From Octopus sinensis (taxonomy: Eukaryota): DNA of 64,000 nucleotides. Below are positions 38,208 through 52,099 of this stretch, one piece after another. The stretch covers positions 24,428,001-24,492,000 of the forward strand of contig NC_043020.1 of assembly GCF_006345805.1 (NCBI RefSeq), given 5' to 3'. Below the pieces are notes generated by a model. It worked only from the letters and a program-made list of their open reading frames with translations, did no database searches and was not told the origin of the DNA. A program made the position numbers and the translations under genes. Position 1 is the first letter of the stretch. Each line of letters opens with the position of its first letter.

Positions 38208-38444
38208 TTAAATGGAACTTATATACATGTCTGTCGGGGGTGGGTGTCACACGTTATCTTTTACAAGGATAAGTTTTTCAGCAACTTTGAAGTTTATGAA
38301 GTCCTATGAAAAGCGAGCGAGTGAAGAATTCGAAGTTACAGTTGACACTTTCCCTGAGAAAGTTAATCACTATGCGTTGAGTAAAACTGCAGTTTAATGT
38401 TAGATTCGTTTTATAGATAACTTGATGTAAAACAATCGTTAATA

Positions 38445-38627
38445 CTGGTACAATAGTACGCCGGACAAAATGCTTAACGGCATTTCGTCCGTGTTTACGT
38501 TCTGAGTGAAAATTCTGCCTAAATCGATCTTACTTTTCATCCCTTTGGGACCAATAAAATAAGTACCAGGTGGACATTGGGGTCGAAGTAATCGGTTTAC
38601 TGTTTCCCTCGAAATTGCTGGCCCAGT
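38445..38627 (+). mobile_element. SINE family A
   Basis: ccggacaaaatgcttaacggcatttcgtccgtgtttacgttctgag...ccctcgaaattgctggccc. Confidence 0.75.
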
Positions 38628-38687
38628 GTGTATATGTGTATACACATACACACATATATGAATACATACACATATACCTCTCCTCTT

Positions 38688-38748
<61 letters not shown>

Positions 38749-39725
38749 TATATATATAATTATGTACTAATAAAATGGTAAGACTACAAAGGAATAAGAA
38801 ACCTCGATATTATGTAAATTGAGGAATTTACAGTTATATATATATTTATATATATGTGCTTGTGTGTGTGGCTGTACATGTGAGTGTACACACACACATG
38901 CATGCATTATACACGCGTGTGTGTGTGTGTGTGTATGTGTTGCATCGTAAAAGTCTCAATTTACCGATAAGTGCTCATTGCAAAATACCATCGCCACCGC
39001 CCCTCCGCAGTACCATTGTAATAAATAAGCAAAAACAGGAACTTGGAAACGGTTTCGAATTACAGAAGGAATCGAAAGAAAAAGTGTTGGAAGGAGAAAG
39101 TTTACAAGTCGTAAATATATTTGCTGTTTGTTGTATTAGAGGCAGCCATATTGTTGACATTTGTAGTTCTGTGGGAAAGCTGTCGAAAATCTGGGTCCGA
39201 GATACCATAACAGCAGCTAGGCTGATGATTATGGTAGTGATGTTGATGTTGATGATGATGATGATGTTGATGAAGATGATGATGGTCTTGTTGATGATGT
39301 TCATGGGGATGGTGATGGTGATGACGATGCTGATGATGGCAACGACGATGGTAATGGTAATGACGATTTTAATGATGAAGATTGTAATGATGATGGTGGT
39401 GCTGGTGGTGATAATGTTTATGTTGATGACAGAAATGGGGATAATGTCGATAATAACGAAGACGGTGGGGATTATGACAGTTATGATAGTGATGGTGGTG
39501 ATGACAATGAAGTTGATGATAATGATGACGATGATGATCATTATGATAGTGGTTGTGATGTTCATGGATATCACAGCCCAGTTCAGGTCTGGCCTCAGAC
39601 CAAAACAAAACCTACAGCAACAACACCAGCAAAAACAACGTTTACAAAACGCTTCATATGCTCGATCTGCTAGGAATAGCAGTCAAATCTCCGTGAAAAC
39701 TCACCCGCTACCGTCTCAGAACATA

Positions 39726-39908
39726 CGAGGTGGGAGAGGCTGAAAAGTTCCTGGAATTAAATGTGTCGCGAAAGGCCTGGTTGGAAGTCGAACCTTCCAA
39801 CTTCTTTTACAGTGGTTAGAAAACCTGAAGGGTCACAGCAATAAATGAGTGAATCTGAGAGGGGAATATGAGGAATAAAACTATAATTAATTGACCCTTC
39901 TGTATTGT

Positions 39909-39910
<2 letters not shown>
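39726..39910 (+). mobile_element. Mariner-derived MITE, copy 1 (right end lost in a TA tract)
   Basis: TA followed by left TIR cgaggtgggagaggctgaaaagttcctgg. Contains the transposase C-terminal relic LENLKGHSNK*VNLRGEYEE*. Confidence 0.7.
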
Positions 39911-39943
<33 letters not shown>

Positions 39944-40114
39944 TATATATATATATATATATAAGATACAGATAAAGAAGTTTATTATTCTGAAACGCAG
40001 AATAATGCTAAATCCTGCGTTTGAGAATAAAAATTACTTCCTTACCTGTATCTTTAAATACATGTCAAGTCTTCTAAAGCTTGCTCTATTTGTTAACTTT
40101 ATCTATATATGCGT

Positions 40115-40335
40115 ACACGTGGATGTTGCCGAAATTTTCCTGGATTTAAGGGTGTCGCGAAAGACCTGGGTGGAGGCCCAAAATTCTGAGTTCTTTTACA
40201 GTGCTTAGAAAAACAGAAGGACGGCTGCAACAAGTGTGTGAACCTAAGAGAAGATTATGTTGAGTAAAATCATAATTAACTGATCCTCCAGTCGTCTCTT
40301 ATATGCAAAGCCAAGAACTTCTCAGCAGCCCCTCG
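40115..40335 (+). mobile_element. Mariner-derived MITE, copy 2
   Basis: Homologous to 39726-39910. Relic LEKQKDGCNKCVNLREDYVE*, right TIR ccaagaacttctcagcagcccctcg followed by TA. Confidence 0.75.
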
Positions 40336-40906
40336 TATTACCCAATGAAATATTGGACAATGGCTCTGCTGGGAAAATAATGTAAAAAGATGGCGACACG
40401 TTCACGGGTGGTAAAAATATGATTGGTAATTTATCCAGTTAGAGTTGACCTGGGGCTAAACAACAACAAACATGATTACTCACCCTACAATAAACACTAC
40501 CCCTTGCAACCACGCCGCCACATACACCGTTAAATAAACGCCAATCAAAATAACAAACATATGAACCAGAAGAAAACATTCTAGGTAACAACACTTGTAT
40601 TTATATGAGAAGTACAAGTAGTAGTAGTAGTAGTAGTAGTCGTAGTGGTCGTTGTAGTTGTTATTCCTTTTGTAACAGCACCGGTAGCGCCATGGAAGCG
40701 CCAAAAATTATGGTGACTGCGTGCAATCGAAGCTGACAAGAACACAATTAAAATATATGACTCTTTTAGTGGTGCTCGATGGAAGATTCCAGCAGTGCGT
40801 AGAAATGCGTGTGTGTGTGTGTTCTCGCGCGTGCGTGTGTACAAACATATGTATAGATGCAAGTGTGTGTATGTGTTTGAATGTGTATATATACATAAAT
40901 AAATAA

Positions 40907-40941
<35 letters not shown>

Positions 40942-41014
40942 ATATACACACACAGACCGAGAGAAGAGAAAGAGATTATATGTATTTATGTATATGTAAA
41001 TATATGAATGCGTA

Positions 41015-41045
<31 letters not shown>

Positions 41046-42301
41046 GAATTATGTCTTCTCAAAGAACCCGATCCTAATTCTTCATACAAACACACGCATG
41101 AATACGAACACACACACACATATATATATAAGCACAAACACATATATACGCAGACTAACACACGTCCACACACTCATGTGTGACAACACACACGTATATA
41201 TATATGTATATATATATATATATATATCATGTCGTTATATTTAGCATATACATGGTGTTGTAGACAGTTATGCATACATTGTGCCAAATAAGTGCTTTTG
41301 TGTATGTACATGTATGTGTATGAGTGTGTGCGTGTATATATATATATATATGCATGTGTGTGTGCATGTTTGCGCGCATATATAAGTGTGTGTAAATATA
41401 TATATTTATACAGTGATATATATACATGCACACACACACACACACACACCACACACACACACACATAAACCTAGATAAATAGATAAAAAGATACTCATAT
41501 AGATAAACACATTGTTTTAGGTGCGAAAAAAATACATTCAAAAATATAATAGTTAATAATAAGAGACATCTGCCGGTTATATTAATTTATATAAATATAT
41601 ATATGCTCATTTATTCATAATTGTTTTTGTATGCTTTGAAGGAACGGGGTGATGTCTGCGAGAACGCTTTGTTGTTCATTGACTTTGTATGCAAATGGTC
41701 TCGTTGGTTTTCGTTGCTCTCTATGTTTCTGGCGGTGATTTAAGTACTGATTAGCAAAGAAGAAATAAACCAAACGTCTCACGATACAGATTTTGGCTTA
41801 GACACAATGTTGTCTTTGCTGGAATAGAGACGTAAACAGGCTGTAAAAGATGGACTTGTATGAAAACTACTTCGCGTCTTTGCACTCGCCTCTTTCTCGC
41901 TTCGTTTTCAGAGCACGCAGCCATTTTAAAACCTTACTGTCTCCTCTCTTTGGCACCTCAAGAGGCAAGGCAATTATACACACGTACGTATGTTCGTGTG
42001 CGTGTATATGTATACATTTAGGTGGTCGCCTGTGTAGGCGAGAAAAAAAAATATATATACATACATGTGCGCGTGTGTGCATGTGTGTGTATAAGGAAAA
42101 GAAAAGGAGATTCTATAACATATCTTTAATATGAGTTACAATTGTTTCCGTACCAACTTCATTTGCAACGCCAGTTAACGCGAAAATTCTAAATTCTAAA
42201 TCACGTAATATTTGCCGTTTTACACATTGGACAGGCATTTCTTCAGATCTGCATTGAAGGTGTGTTTTACATTTTGTGTCATATATATATATATATATAT
42301 G

Positions 42302-42332
<31 letters not shown>

Positions 42333-42529
42333 ATGCACATACATATATATACATACATATATATACATACACATATATACATATATATACATACACACAC
42401 ACACATATATATATACAAATAAATATATACATATATATATATATATACATATACATACACACATATACATATAATATACATCATATACATATAAACATAT
42501 ACATTCATACATATACATATATCTATATA

Positions 42530-42575
<46 letters not shown>

Positions 42576-42602
42576 ATATATATAATATATATATATATAC
42601 AC

Positions 42603-42633
<31 letters not shown>

Positions 42634-43140
42634 GTTGACGTTAGCTGACCATGAGGATACTGTTACTGCTGTTCCACCAAGTAAATTATCCATTTCTTAA
42701 TGAACTTATAAGCACTTGAGTATTCTAGACAGCCACGTGGGACCCTTTACGCAATCCCCAAGCATAATTACCATGACATGTTGAGTGACAAAGCTGAACT
42801 TTTCTCAGCTTACAATTCACACGATGAGCTTCTGTACAGTTTTCTTACATTCATTTTCACTCATAAGATGTTACAGAGAATCACATTTGCCCATAAACCA
42901 CGTAGTGTATTTATTTCTTGAACAGGCCAAAAGTCACGAAGTATAAACTGCAGTTGATGCAACAGTTAATGCCACCACCAGTTTACGCCCACACGCCGCA
43001 AAATACAGTCAGCATATACAGGAGTAGAGACATATAAGCTTTTTACCTGTGTATCACATATGATACACAGGACACATTTCCCTGGCGTCTATGCGTCATA
43101 TATGATACACATTCTTTAGTTTTTTGTTTTACATACGATG

Positions 43141-43725
43141 GGGCTTATGAAAGAAAATTTTTATGTTACTCAGAACGTGTGAAAGAACGGCTAACTGAAG
43201 GTCGAAAAAACAAGCACGAACGTTTTAGACAATTTTATGAAAAGGCTTTGGACAGGCAAAGGTCTAATAAAACCAGAGTAACAGCAGCAAAAATTTGTTG
43301 TAACCTATCAATAAAGAACTGAGCGGTATAGTGAAAGATTGTCTGATTTGTATATCTTTGTAAATGTTGTTTTATGCAAAACGATGCAAGTTATGGAAAT
43401 TTTAATAATACAGGTCGTTTTGCATGCTTCCTCATTCAGCAACACTTACGGTAAAGCAACACCCAATATCTCCAAGTTTCCATTGAAGCTAACGAAAGAA
43501 ATATTGAAAAGTTGAGAATAAAAGAAGGTATTTTTATTTAACAAGTACAATCCGCGAATTAATAAATGATCTAAGTTGCACGCAGTTCGTTGGATCCTAT
43601 AGCAACGACAAACAACTCTTCATACACAAACTACAGAGTTGAAACATCAATTACCAACAACTTTTCCCTGTAAATATCCTGGAGAAGGAGTCCCAACCTT
43701 GAAATATTGAAATACTAGATAATCG
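43141..43725 (+). mobile_element. Highly degenerate, internally deleted PLE remnant
   Basis: 43164-43325 reads CYSERVKERLTEGRKNKHERFRQFY...KICCNLS/NKELS, resembling the PLE N-terminal NLS..L motif. 43430-43570 reads IQQHLR..QVSIEANERNIEKLRIKEGIFI/NKYNPRINK*, resembling the GIY-YIG C-terminus (L.IKE..I....P.IN). No RT lies between them. Confidence 0.5.
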
Positions 43726-44067
43726 TACTAACCCTTGACCTGTATTATTAGTTTATTGTAACTTGTATTGTTTGGGTTTTATAAAAGAAAGAAACACTAT
43801 TTAAAACGTCCAATTAAATAATTATTGATAGTGGAATGAAAAGGAATAACTTAATTTCGTAAAAGTACATAGAGTAAAGAAAATGCAGTTTTACAATTGT
43901 AAACAAAATGCATAAATAATTCAAAATGGCGGGGATCACATTCTTGAAGTAAGAATACAAGGACGAGAGAGATTATAGCATCAATTTAAAAACGAACAGA
44001 ATTATTTAACAAAATACTAGAGGCGGCAATCAAGATATACAATATTCTAAGTACAAAAGACCCCCCC

Positions 44068-44112
<45 letters not shown>

Positions 44113-44872
44113 GTGGTCATGTGTGATATAAATATATATATATATACACTTCTTAAAGTTTGCTCTCCGGGTTTATGTTTTTCTAAAACTATATATATAT
44201 ATATCTACACATACATAAAGCTATATATATAAACATATATGTATACATACGCATATATATAATATATATACATACATACGCGCGCGCGCACACATATATA
44301 TACATACACAAACAGAATATGTGTGTGTGCATTTAAATCATAAAAGTATCGAAGAATGCGAAAAACCCATGAATGCCATCCCGCCATAAATGCTTCCTTA
44401 CAATATACAGGGAGGACATTACGTTTGGCAGTTGGAAGCCGGATTGTTGCTAACTGGCATGGACATATATGATTCGCGTCGCAAAACTTACACAAACGAA
44501 GAAAGAAAATTGGTTCGGACGCAATGGGTAAAGATACATTTTAAAGTTGGATTCCTGGTTATTAATCATAAACGGTTGCTATAAGAGTAGAGGGGGGGAT
44601 TAGAGGCGTCGATTAAATTGTGTTGTTTATGTATGAAATTAAAATTAGTTATTACTTGTCCAAATATGTCGAGTGGTGTTATCTATCTGGATAAGATATG
44701 GATACAAAATACTTCTTTGGCCTACAGCTTTTATATCGCTGGAAGTAACTTATCCTGGTATCCGTTGGGAAATGATTATTCTGTAAAAAGTATTTATATT
44801 TCATAAGCCTCTGTAGTACATAAATTGCACTGCTGTTTATGCCTTATCTCATACACCGACACATTGTTACAC

Positions 44873-44930
<58 letters not shown>

Positions 44931-45649
44931 GTAAGAGAGGCAGGAAAAGAGTCAAGACGAGACGTGGAAATGAAACAGAAAACGGTAGAGAAAATTTAAA
45001 TACAATTTAATTTTAATATGATACAGTTAGTAGGATGTGTGCGGCATCACGTGACTAAATTAAAATTATTAGACTTTTTTTTCGTGACTAGAAACAAACG
45101 GCAAAATATATATATTATGCTGCTTTGCGTCTGTCATTTATGTTTTTAAGATATGTCATAACTGTAATTTCGTTAAAATGTTAGCTATACATTAGGAAAT
45201 AGAAATAAGAACTTTGAACGTTGTAAGAGAAAGTATGAATTACACAATTATTATTATGTATTGGTGTGTGTGTGTGTTGTGTGTGTGTGTGTGTGTGTGT
45301 GTGTGCATTTGTGTATATATGTATCTGTAATTGACGCGTGTGTGATTGTTTTGTGTTTGTACGAAAGAAAAGGAAAGGAAAGTAGCATTAAAAAAATGAA
45401 TGAAAAAGAAAGAAGAGTTGAAATAAGTTTGGAGAAGAAAAACACAAAGCAGGAAAGACAAAAATGTAAAGAAATAAAATAGATTGAAAAAAAACCCCAA
45501 TAAAAGCAGCAAAAGCAAAGAAGAAAACGGAAGATTAAAAAGGATGAATATTGAAATGGAGAATGGAGTTAAAAGCAGGAAACAGTAATATGAAATGTAT
45601 GTGTATTTACGCAACTTAATGTATATACCCGCGCACCACAGCTTATGCA

Positions 45650-45690
<41 letters not shown>

Positions 45691-45777
45691 TATATATATT
45701 ACGTGTGTGTGTGTGTGTGCGTGTTTATAGCACATACATACAATTATTTATCAGCCTGAAATATACAGGCTGATATT

Positions 45778-45818
<41 letters not shown>

Positions 45819-45820
45819 TG

Positions 45821-45874
<54 letters not shown>

Positions 45875-45984
45875 CAGGCAGAGATACAAAGATGGATAAG
45901 TAATAGTTCAGCCGAGAGCAGCGTGTAAAATAAATAGCTAAATAGACAGACAGAGAGCTACATAGATAAACAGACACAGACAGG

Positions 45985-46063
<79 letters not shown>

Positions 46064-46160
46064 ATATACAAAATAAAAGATATAACTGAAACAAGCTACT
46101 AAAACAGATAAAAGACAAAATGCAATTCTAAATTGCTAAGATTAGAATATCAGCCTTTCA

Positions 46161-46209
<49 letters not shown>

Positions 46210-46743
46210 GGAGTCGGGAAGACACTCGGCAAGAAATAGAAGCAAATTTGAAAGAAGAAAAAAAAAGAAATAATAATAATAATAATAACAATAATAATAA
46301 TAATAAATTCCTTACTAAGGAAATGGGTTTTCCGTTGAATAATGTCTTCACTCTAGGTTACCTATGCATAAATTACTAAGCTCACACAATATTTAAATAT
46401 TTGTTTTAGGGAACGCTGGCATTCATTTTGCTTTTTTTTTTAGTTTGGTTTACAATCAATCGTAATCATTCCGATATCATTGATCAGTCAATGGTGACTG
46501 GTGACTGATGGCTTGTCTCTTTTATTTATATTTATATATATATTATTCCTATTCTATTTTAAGTGTATTATACTTACTTTTTGTAAGGCTTCAGCACGAA
46601 AGGGATACGTTTAAAATTATTTTCCACCTTTAGACGTACGTCTAGAATGAAACGTGTGTATATAAATATATATATGTGTGTGTGTGAGGGGGGTTTCTGT
46701 GTATGAGCGAACACAATATAGCTACCCATACATAACCACACAC

Positions 46744-46805
<62 letters not shown>

Positions 46806-48021
46806 ATATATATGCGGAGTGTGTGTGTGAAAGTGAAAGATATTATATAGTGAAATAATTGCGTATGTTCGTGGTTGTGCGTGTATATATATATGTAGGT
46901 AGAAAAGTAAAGAAAAAGACGGATATATATATATACATACATACATACATACACACAAATAGGTATGCATATGCACATATACACACACATGCATGCGTCT
47001 ATGCGCATTTGTATGTTGGTGTACATGTAGATAGGTAACAGCATTTTAGTGTAGATAAAAATAGAAATCGGGTATAGAAAATAATTCGATCTGGATGCAA
47101 TGACTCAGAAACGAAACATGCCCGGAATTATAGGTTTGGGGCTTTTAAATGCATCTTGTTATACCTCATATTGATTTCAGTAATAACATATGTGTGTGTA
47201 TATATATATGTAGATATATATGTATGTATATATATGTATGCGTATGTGTACATGAATACACACGCATATGCGTGTATGTATGCAATCTTGTGTGCTGTTT
47301 ATGCCTTTGTGCATCTGCTTTGAATGTGGTTGTCTTTAACCTCTGTATTCATTACTAGCAGCTGTTTGTAAAACTAAATTATGTGTGTATGCTTGTGTGT
47401 GTGTGTGTGTGTGTGTGTATGTATTTCCATATGTTCATTTGTGCATGTATTTGTGTAAATGTCTACACACATAAATCTAAGTATAAATACATACACAGAC
47501 ACACATAATCGTTTGGAAAATGAAAATTCATGAATCACAACCCTGAATGCCTTCGTACCGATCTTCGGACGATCACGAAAAATAGAACAATAATGTTTTT
47601 TATATATATTTGGTATACAAGAATATTGTTGCAATATCATAGCAAACGTTGATTGGTTGGCATGAAATAAGGGTTGTTTTTTTGTGCGTCATTAAACTAT
47701 TTTTCAAGAGATGTGCAACTTTTAGCTCGTAACGAAGTAAAGACACGAATGGTTGAATTATGCAAGGCAATATGAAAGTAATCAAAAATATGTGTATATT
47801 TTTTCATGTTCTTATTTGTTTCAGTCTTTAGACTGCGGCCCGTTTGGGGCACCGCCTTGAAGAAATATAGTCGAAAGAATCGAGCCCAGGATTTTTCTCA
47901 TATCTTAAAGCTGCAAATAGATGCTACGTATTAAGTATTTTGTGCCGCCCGCTGACTATTCTCTTACTTCGTCGCCAGATATTATCTCAGAGATATTGCA
48001 GAATAAGAGAGTTTTGTGATT

Positions 48022-48290
48022 AGGCGCAGGCGTGGTTGTGAGGTAAGAAGTTTGCTTCGCAATCACATAGTTCCGGGTTCAGACCCACTGTGTGCCACCT
48101 TGAGCAAGTGTCTTCCACTATAGCCCAAAGCCGACTACAAACTTGTGAGTGGACTTGGTCGATGGAAACTGAAAGAAGCCAGTAGTGTGTAGATATGTGT
48201 GTTTGTGTGTATGATTGCCCCATCAACACTTGACAACCAGTTTTGGTTTGTTTGTGTCTCTGTAACGTAGAAGTTCAGCTAAAGAGGGCG
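48022..48290 (+). mobile_element. SINE family B, 3' truncated
   Basis: ggcgcaggcgtggttgtgaggtaagaagtttgcttcgcaatcacatagttccgggttcagacccactg head with A-box and B-box-like motifs. Confidence 0.82.
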
Positions 48291-48516
48291 GTTGAAGTGC
48301 CAAAACCATAGTAAGTACAGGGGTACATTCTTTCCATAATTATTCGAAAGATGCCTCATGGACGAGTCCATATTCCATAACATATTGTTGTTCTTTGGAA
48401 CTTTCCATTCTGCTGGGTTTACGAGGGAAGGCCGACCCATGCTGGGAGTTGTTTGCTTCAGGAAATATTTACGTGTCCAACCCTAAATTCCATCTCTTTG
48501 TCTCTAAATATTCTTT

Positions 48517-48616
48517 NNNNNNNNNNNNNNNNNNNNNNNNNNNNNNNNNNNNNNNNNNNNNNNNNNNNNNNNNNNNNNNNNNNNNNNNNNNNNNNNNNNN
48601 NNNNNNNNNNNNNNNN
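48517..48616. other. Assembly gap (100 N)
   Basis: Run of n, followed by TA and GATA microsatellites. Confidence 0.99.
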
Positions 48617-48650
<34 letters not shown>

Positions 48651-48684
48651 CAGATAGATAGATAGACAGATGAAAATAGATAGC

Positions 48685-48728
<44 letters not shown>

Positions 48729-48826
48729 GATAGATAGATAGGGCAGATAGACAGACAGACGGATAGATAGACGGACAAATAGCCGGACAAACAGACAGGC
48801 AGGCGGATAGATAGATAGATAGATAG

Positions 48827-48882
<56 letters not shown>

Positions 48883-48884
48883 TT

Positions 48885-49085
48885 GTTGGATTGGCAGAAT
48901 CGTAAAAACATTGGATGAAATGCCGGACTGTATTTCTTCCGGCTCTTAACGTTCCGAGTTCAAATCCCGCTGAGATCAACGCTGCCTTTCATCAATCCAG
49001 GGTCGATTAAACAGGGAAGCAGCCGCATGCTGATGCTGACATTGTCGACTAACACTCTTCCCTATTCAATTCATGCCTTGTAACT
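48885..49085 (+). mobile_element. SINE family A, degenerate
   Basis: tggcagaatcgt...cgttccgagttcaaatcccgctgagatcaacgctgcctttcatc. Confidence 0.7.
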
Positions 49086-49121
49086 ATGCTAAGCATTATC
49101 CATACCATATATATATATATA

Positions 49122-49159
<38 letters not shown>

Positions 49160-49214
49160 ATATATATATATATATAATATATATATAATATATACGCGCG
49201 CACACACACAAACA

Positions 49215-49253
<39 letters not shown>

Positions 49254-49761
49254 AACGCCCAAACACACACACACACACACACACACAACACACACACAAA
49301 CGCACACACAAACACACTCACACACCACACACACACACACATTGCTTACAACATAAAAATTTAGAAACAACGGGTGACCTGAAATTGTTTTCCACGTTGA
49401 AACTCGAAGCAGATAAATTTATTAATAAATGGAGAGTAAATATTGGGTTAAAAAAATCTTTGAACGGATAAAAGTGGAACAAGTCTCGCGGGCAGCATTC
49501 CACTTTTACCATCCAAGAGGGATTTTTTTTCTTATTTCATCATTTACATTATTATTAATACTATTATTATTGTTATTATTATTTTCGAATTCGAATTCCT
49601 TTTTTCAAAAACGACATAATATACGCATGCACACACAAATTCTTGAATGGTTAAGGATGTGTGTTTGCGCAGTCAGGCAGATAGACAGACAGACAGACAG
49701 ATTGATAGATTGATTGATTGATAGATAGATAGATACATAGATACATACATACATACATACA

Positions 49762-49793
<32 letters not shown>

Positions 49794-50788
49794 CATACAT
49801 AGGCAGGTAGATAACTTTCTTTATTAGCCACACAGTGTCAAGACAGAGGGGACAAAATACAATGAAGAGCTTTTCTTTACGAAAGAAATGGAAGAAAATA
49901 GAAAATATATTTCTGATCAAAAGGGATCGTGTGAAAAAGAAAATGATAGATAAATAAGCAGAGAGGCAGACAGACACACAGACAGATAAACAGATAAGCT
50001 GAAAGATATAAATAAGCAGACAGATAGAAAGACGGACCGACCGACCCACAGACAGTCTAGCATCATGCAAGGAAGCTATGTAGGAGAGTATGATTGTGGC
50101 TTAGAGGTGTGGACCAACAGTTCTAATCCTGGGTAGCTGCTAAAAGGGTATGAGGGTGTGGGTGGGCAGGGTGATGTCAAAAACACCTTTGTTTTTTTAT
50201 TCTTGCTGTTTCTCTTTAGTCCCGGTCAGTTGTGTTGGACTGATGTATGATGACCAGAGAAGCTCTCTACTCGTGGCTCTCCAGTTTGATTTTGATTGGC
50301 TGTAGAAATAGCAATGTAATTAGCGGTGTTGACGGTGGTGAAGGTGTGGGTATATGTGTTTGTGCTTGCGTGTGATGAATATGGTGGGGGTGGGTTAAGG
50401 GTAGGGGTGGGGTGGCAATTGTGGCGAGTGTTTGAATTATGCTGGCGGTGATGGAGCTTGTGATGTTAATGTTGGTTCTTGGTTATGTGATGATGTTATT
50501 GGTCACGTGATAATTCTGTTGGTGCTGCTGATATTGGCAGAATCGTTACCTTTGCATTTGGAGCTCAAATCCCACTGGATTCAGTTTTACTTTTCATCCA
50601 TTCGGGGCTCTTCAAACATGCCTCCTTTGGATCAGCGGATTTGTAGGGAGGTCGGGTAAGATGCCTTGCAATATCTTTTCTGTCTTTCTATGTTTTAACA
50701 GCAATGACTGCTGCGACACTAGTAATATGTAATAATAGCCAGAGCCTGAGGTGTTTCCCTTTCATAAATTTCTGTGGTATAGAGAGTA

Positions 50789-51855
50789 AAGGCAGGTGGC
50801 TTAGTGGTTACGGCATCCGGCTCACGACCGTAAGGTAATGAGTGCGATTCCCGGTGGTGAGTTGTGTCCTTGAGCAAAGTACTTTATTTCACATCGCCTC
50901 AGTCTATTCAGTCAGCAAAAATGAGTGGTACTTGTATATCAAAAGGGCCAGCCTTGTCACATTCTGTGTCACGCTGAATCCTTCTGAGAACTACATTAAG
51001 GATGCGTGTGTCTGTGGAGTGTTCAGCCACTTGCACATTAATTTCACGCGCTGGCTGCTGCGTTGATCGGATCACCCAAAACCGTCATGGTCGTAACCGA
51101 CGAAGTACCAGTTATGTATGGTGTGGAAAGGAGAAAACTGGAATGTATGGCTGACTAGTTGTCTTTCTCAAAAGATTTTACCCATGCCTTCCCAACAGAT
51201 GTAGAAATATTGTCAGCCTTGACCATCAGAAGCACTAGCATAGCAGGCTCAGGCCAATCCTAATCACAGACTTATGATTAAAGGCGTTTTAGCCACGACC
51301 CTCCCAACTTTTCAGAGGCATGTAAGGAAGGTGAACTTCTGTGTCGAGTACCCAGACTCGGTTTCGTTTAGTGTATAAATGGCCGAGATCACAACATACC
51401 CATTTCTCCTGCATGAGGGACCAGTCTGTTGCAGAGTTGTTACCTAGTTTACAGCCGAGTGAACTGAACTAAAGTGAAATGATGTGCTTGCCCAAGAAAA
51501 CAATGCATCACCTTGTTTGCGATTCGAAACCACGATCTTGTGATCATGAGAGAAACATTCAAACCAGAAAATTATATGCTTTCACTTTTAGGAATATCTA
51601 GGACCACATTGACAATTGACCAATCCCGTAAACCCTTTCGGGCCGTTGGGGAGCTGCAGCCATGCAGCGTATCTATGGCGAATTCCGTCCCCCTCCAGGC
51701 TAAACTCATTTCTACAGCTGAGTGGACTGCAGCAACTTGAAATGAAGTGTTTGGCTCAAGAACACAACGGATAGCCAGAGTCTTACGGTCGTGATTGAAA
51801 CCACAGTCTTACCGTCGTGAGTCCAATACCCTAATCACTAAGCCAAGCGCCCTCC
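50789..51855. mobile_element. SINE family C cluster: plus copy 50789-51110, minus copies 51400-51570 and 51640-51855
   Basis: Shared ttgagcaaag/tactttatttcacat core on plus, and its reverse complement gaaatgaagtgtttggctcaag on minus. Confidence 0.78.
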
Positions 51856-52099
51856 ACATTGTCCCCCGGATAAACATCGGTGACATAGAGACGAGTGAGA
51901 CTTTCAATATAAGGATAACGGATAGTTTTCCTCAAAAGAAACTTAGCCAGTCCTTCACACATACATATATAAATACATAGAACGTTGGCCATCTGAGAGC
52001 TTATATATATAATATGACCAAGCAAATGGCAGACGGACACCATGCTGCCTTCTCTTTTTACGGCTGGAACTACAGTGTCCAATGTTTTCCTTCATTTTT

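Noticed and set aside
38856-39743. 295-aa Met/Val-rich ORF, the longest in the window
   Set aside because: Built from cryptic (GAT/GGT)n repeats plus SINE sequence. No domain motif or splice support.
48330-48516. Possible LINE C-terminal fragment next to the gap (minus, RW...GHV-like)
   Set aside because: Needs several frameshifts and is cut by the N gap. The similarity is too weak to call.
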